Notes under the pieces: generated by a model
What the model was told of the DNA's origin: nothing
Seen by the model: the letters and a program-made list of their open reading frames with translations, nothing else
The model's database searches: none
Made by a program: the position numbers and the translations under genes
Virus record (IMG/VR): IMGVR_UViG_3300048502_000133
Span: 21,431 to 85,430 of that record
Origin: a virus
Taxonomy: Duplodnaviria; Caudoviricetes
Reading direction: 5' to 3' (one strand)
Length of the DNA stretch: 64,000 bases
Shown: positions 60,701-64,000 of the stretch, in pieces
How the letters are laid out: every line of letters begins with the position of its first letter
How positions within the stretch are numbered: the first letter of the stretch is position 1

Positions 60701-61393
60701 ATGCCCGCTGCTGGACCGTCGCCCATCTCCGGCCTGTTTGAATACGCCCTGCGGCAGGTTATCGCCATTGTGGGTTCCGTCTACAACACCCCCACGACGC
60801 CGCTGGTCGATGAAATGGGCAACGCCATTACGGTCCCGTTTGTCACAGAGTATTCGATGGACAAAGTGGGACCGATCGTGGTCTACACCTCCATTACCCC
60901 TGGACCGCTGGGCCTGGGCAACAACTACGGCCTGCAGCAGCCCACCGTAGACGGCACCCAGTGGCGCTTTCAGGCCCGCAGCCCTGGGTGTAAGGTCACC
61001 TTCGGCATTTACACCGCGAACGAAGCCAGCAGGCGGTACCTGGCTGATTATCTGGTATGGGGCGTCGTATCGGCGTACGCGATCACCACGAACGGCCTGA
61101 TACTCCAGAGCTATATCCTGCGGGAACTCCGCAACCGAAACATGCACCCCATTCTGGACAACCTCTTTGACCCGATAGAGTACCCCCAACCGATCCTCTC
61201 TGATCCCCGCCCGTTCGGGCTGCCGTATCTCTCCATGGTGCGGATGAACTTTAATCTGCAGGTGGGCTGGTACCAGTCTTCGACGGGTACAGGCGTCGGT
61301 CCCATTACTCTCGCGAACACGTCTGAGATCGCCCCGGACACCAACTACGAGGTTGTGATCCCGATCATGGCGCCCATCCCCCAGCTCACCTGA
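60701..61393 (+). CDS. Probable tail terminator/completion protein
   Basis: Position between gp10-like gene and sheath; AGGAGG RBS. Confidence 0.55.
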   Translation: MPAAGPSPISGLFEYALRQVIAIVGSVYNTPTTPLVDEMGNAITVPFVTEYSMDKVGPIVVYTSITPGPLGLGNNYGLQQPTVDGTQWRFQARSPGCKVTFGIYTANEASRRYLADYLVWGVVSAYAITTNGLILQSYILRELRNRNMHPILDNLFDPIEYPQPILSDPRPFGLPYLSMVRMNFNLQVGWYQSSTGTGVGPITLANTSEIAPDTNYEVVIPIMAPIPQLT

Positions 61394-61471
61394 TCCGCGA
61401 TCCCCCATCCAGAGCACACCGCCTAGCACGTCCAGTACGCGTACTGGTGTGCGATTGGAGCTGGTGTAGGT

Positions 61472-63380
61472 ATGCCATACGTTCCTCCGTCTGTAACGCT
61501 CAATCAGCTTGCGACACAGACAAGCCCGTCCACGCCTGCCCAGGCGCCGCGTACCGTCGCGATTCTTGGGCAGTTCCCGCAAGGCCCCGCCATCTGCCGC
61601 GTTGCGCCGAATCAAGCGGCAATCGTGGGCGGTGACCCAACCGCTGCCTCCTCAACCGGCTACAACGGGCCGCGCCTGGCGGCTGCAGTGGCAAGCCAGC
61701 TGCCCCAGGTATCGTCCTACCCGCTCTCGCTCTTGCTGATACGGTGCTTTGACGTGGAAGCCGCAGTCTCCTGCGGGCCATTCACGCTCTCCGCCGCAGG
61801 GCAGTACGCGGGCTCACGCGGGAATAATCTCTCCGTCGCCATGAACGCCCCGCAGGCGGTGATCACCGAAGTACAACGCGGCACCGCGACCTTGCCGGAA
61901 ATCCAGCTGGTAACGATCTACAACTGCGCGGGCGGATCCGGCGCCGGACTGACCCTGGCGTTCAAGGGGACCGCCGCAGGCACCCCAATCACCCCAACCA
62001 ACCTGAACACGTTCAACGCGACCGCGATCGCCGCCAGCATCAACGGTATCAGCACCATCCCAACCGCGACCGTAGGCGGGTCCGGCGGCGCGGTGACCGT
62101 TGCCCAGGCGACTACCCAGGTGACCGGCGCCGTTGCGTTCACCGTCACCTTCCCGGTGTCGCTGACCAACGGGCTCCTCTTCCACCAGTTACACCGGCGC
62201 ACAGCCGCTGCTGACGCTCTCCGCTATCACTATCACCGGCGGTTCCAACCCGGTGCCGGTGCAATCCATCGTGGTCAGTGATACGGTCCTGGGGCAGGTG
62301 GTCCAGACGCTCACGACCGGCCTGTATGACTTCAGCTCCAATCTGACGATCATGGAGGCAATCAACCGCGCGAACCCCGCCACGAACCCCGCGTCAGTGA
62401 TCAACGCGATCACCTACACCGGCTCTACCACGTTCCCGGTCAACGGGACGTACGTGCTGGTGGGCGGCAATGACGGCGCCTTCGGGTCCGTCGCCTCCGA
62501 TGCGTCGGGAGCCAACACCGTTGCGAACCGGCTGGCTCAGGTCGCAACCGGCGGCTGGGGCGAAGTGGACTTCTTCGTGGCAGCGCTGGATGCCTACAGC
62601 ATCATGGCGCCCGTCCAGACCTTCCTTGCCTCTGCCCTGGCGAATAACCTGTTCATCAAGGCGATTCTAGGCCCGGCGGCAGGCACCAGCTACACCACGC
62701 TGACGACTGCCTACCAGACCAGCAATAGCGATCGCGTGACGGTCATCGGCCATGGGGCATTGGCCGGGCCGAACCCCATCAGCCCCGGCTTGCTGGGCTC
62801 CGTCCCCGGCTTCGTGGTCGCGGGTATGGTCGCGGGCCAGAAGGCGGCAACCAGCGCGGAGTTCAACCTGTACGGCGTGACCCCCCAGGGGGCTCTCCTC
62901 GCAGGCACCGACCGACGCCGGTACCGCGCAGTATCTCACCGTTGCCCAGCTCAACGCGCTGGCCAGTGCAGGCTTCACCGTCTTCCAGTACAGCACCACC
63001 CTGGGGCGCCTGGTCACTCGTGACCTGATCACGACCGCACCACAGACGGACTCGTACGGAATCAAAACTGGTTCATGTACCTGTCGGAACGTGACTGCTT
63101 CGACACCCTGGCGTACCTGCTGGTTGCGGCCTATCAGCCTATCCTGGGCTCCCCCTCCTCAACCGCCGCGCAAGTGGTCGCGCAGATGAACAGCATCGGC
63201 ACCCAGCTGATGGCGGCGTACTACCTGCGGTATCACAACGGTGCCACAGTAAGTACCGCCTACAATGTGGTGACCAACGTGGTCACTGTCAACATTGGGT
63301 ACGCGGATCGGCGCCCTCTCAACACGATTATCATCAACCTCGCGCCGGTGACCCCCCGGCGGCATCGTAAGAGAGGATAG
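61472..63380 (+). CDS. Contractile tail sheath protein, split into three ORFs by indels
   Basis: YVPPSV..AILGQFPQGP start; reading frame restored by removing one G (~62168), removing a CGAC duplication (~62912) and adding one A (~63066). Confidence 0.75.
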
Positions 63381-63388
63381 GCAAGGAT

Positions 63389-63990
63389 ATGGCTAACAAT
63401 TTTCCTATCTCTCCCGTCATCTCCGTTCCGCAGACCGCCATCGCTAACCCTACGGACGGTCTGGTTGCGGGGAGTAACTACACCCAGCTGCGCGAAGCAG
63501 CGTTCATCAATCTCTGGGTAGTCGGCCCTTCCGCGATGGTCCAGGTGCCCTTTATCACCGGACTGCGCTACACAGAGTCGTACGAGGACTTTCAGCTGGT
63601 GCCTACCGCTGGCACGTTCTACCGCACGCCCAAGATCGGGTCTCGTATCTACAACGGCACGATCACCCGTTATCAGACGGTCTACAACACCATGAAAGCC
63701 ATGGTGCGCGCCGCCTACGCCGCCCAGCAAAACGGCGATATACGGCTGGATAAAATGCCGGTGCAGCTCCTGATCAGCTATGAGCTGCAGGCTACAGCGG
63801 TGTCAATCAAGGGAGCCAGCTGGCAGAGGAGAAGTGGGGCTTTGATCGCGTCTACTTCACGTCCAACGACAACAACCTTGTCGGGTCTGCCACCAGCGCC
63901 AGTGAGGAGACGATCTCCTTCATCACCACCGGCGAATCGTACAACGCCACAGTGCCTGGTATTCAGCTGATCAGCAGTACTCTGCGTTGA
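63389..63990 (+). CDS. Tail tube protein with one apparent -1 indel
   Basis: Adding one G at ~63790 gives YELQGYSGVNQGSQLAEEKWGFDRVYFTSNDNNL..EETISF..LR*, a tube-like C-terminus. Confidence 0.65.
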
Positions 63991-64000
63991 TACCACTGCT

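Noticed and set aside
61472-63990. Programmed ribosomal frameshift in the tail region
   Set aside because: The shifts are in sheath and tube rather than a tail-assembly chaperone, there are several of mixed sign, and there is no clear slippery heptamer; indel errors explain them better.
1-64000. Enrichment of GCGATCGC (cyanobacterial HIP1-like) octamers
   Set aside because: Many copies coincide with Ala-Ile-Ala codons in high-GC genes; a codon-aware count is needed and was not done.
1-64000. tRNA genes, integrase or att sites
   Set aside because: No cloverleaf with T-loop GTTCRA motifs and no tyrosine/serine recombinase motifs recognised by eye; tRNAscan-SE and the flanking sequence are needed to exclude them.

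Overview
The whole window is high-GC tailed-phage (or prophage) DNA, most likely a contractile-tailed phage. No integrase, tRNA or CRISPR array was seen, and the host cannot be fixed from sequence (strong AGGAGG ribosome-binding sites, sigma70-type promoters). Layout: (i) end of a rightward late operon (a catalytically degenerate glycoside-hydrolase-like gene and a papain-like C1 peptidase) and a terminator at ~1.65 kb; (ii) a ~20 kb leftward early region (ADP-ribosylglycohydrolase, SAM methyltransferase, SWIM finger, nucleotidyltransferase, DUF5662/HD-like, KTSC-MazG fusion, RusA, GH-A hydrolase, adenine methyltransferase, DnaA-C-like, recombinase-like); (iii) a rightward block with HTH, replication initiator plus iteron origin, MoxR/RavA AAA ATPase, VWA, DUF6744-like, HTH and sigma-region-4-like genes; (iv) terminases, portal, an expanded head module, T4 gp21-like protease/scaffold, major capsid, neck, tail sheath and tube (the last two broken by indels that look like sequencing errors). 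The most striking system is in the head module: three consecutive large genes share an ungapped 39-aa N-terminal domain (two with a leader ending L-Q-E|S, like T4 gp21 cleavage sites) fused to a zeta-toxin-like kinase and two paralogous R-S-ExE ADP-ribosyltransferase-like domains. The same genome encodes a DraG-type ADP-ribosylglycohydrolase (a possible writer/eraser pair) and a Walker-A-dead zeta paralog. About ten early promoters carry the same palindromic operator CGTTGCAACG. All functional calls come from motif recognition by eye; no database search was run.
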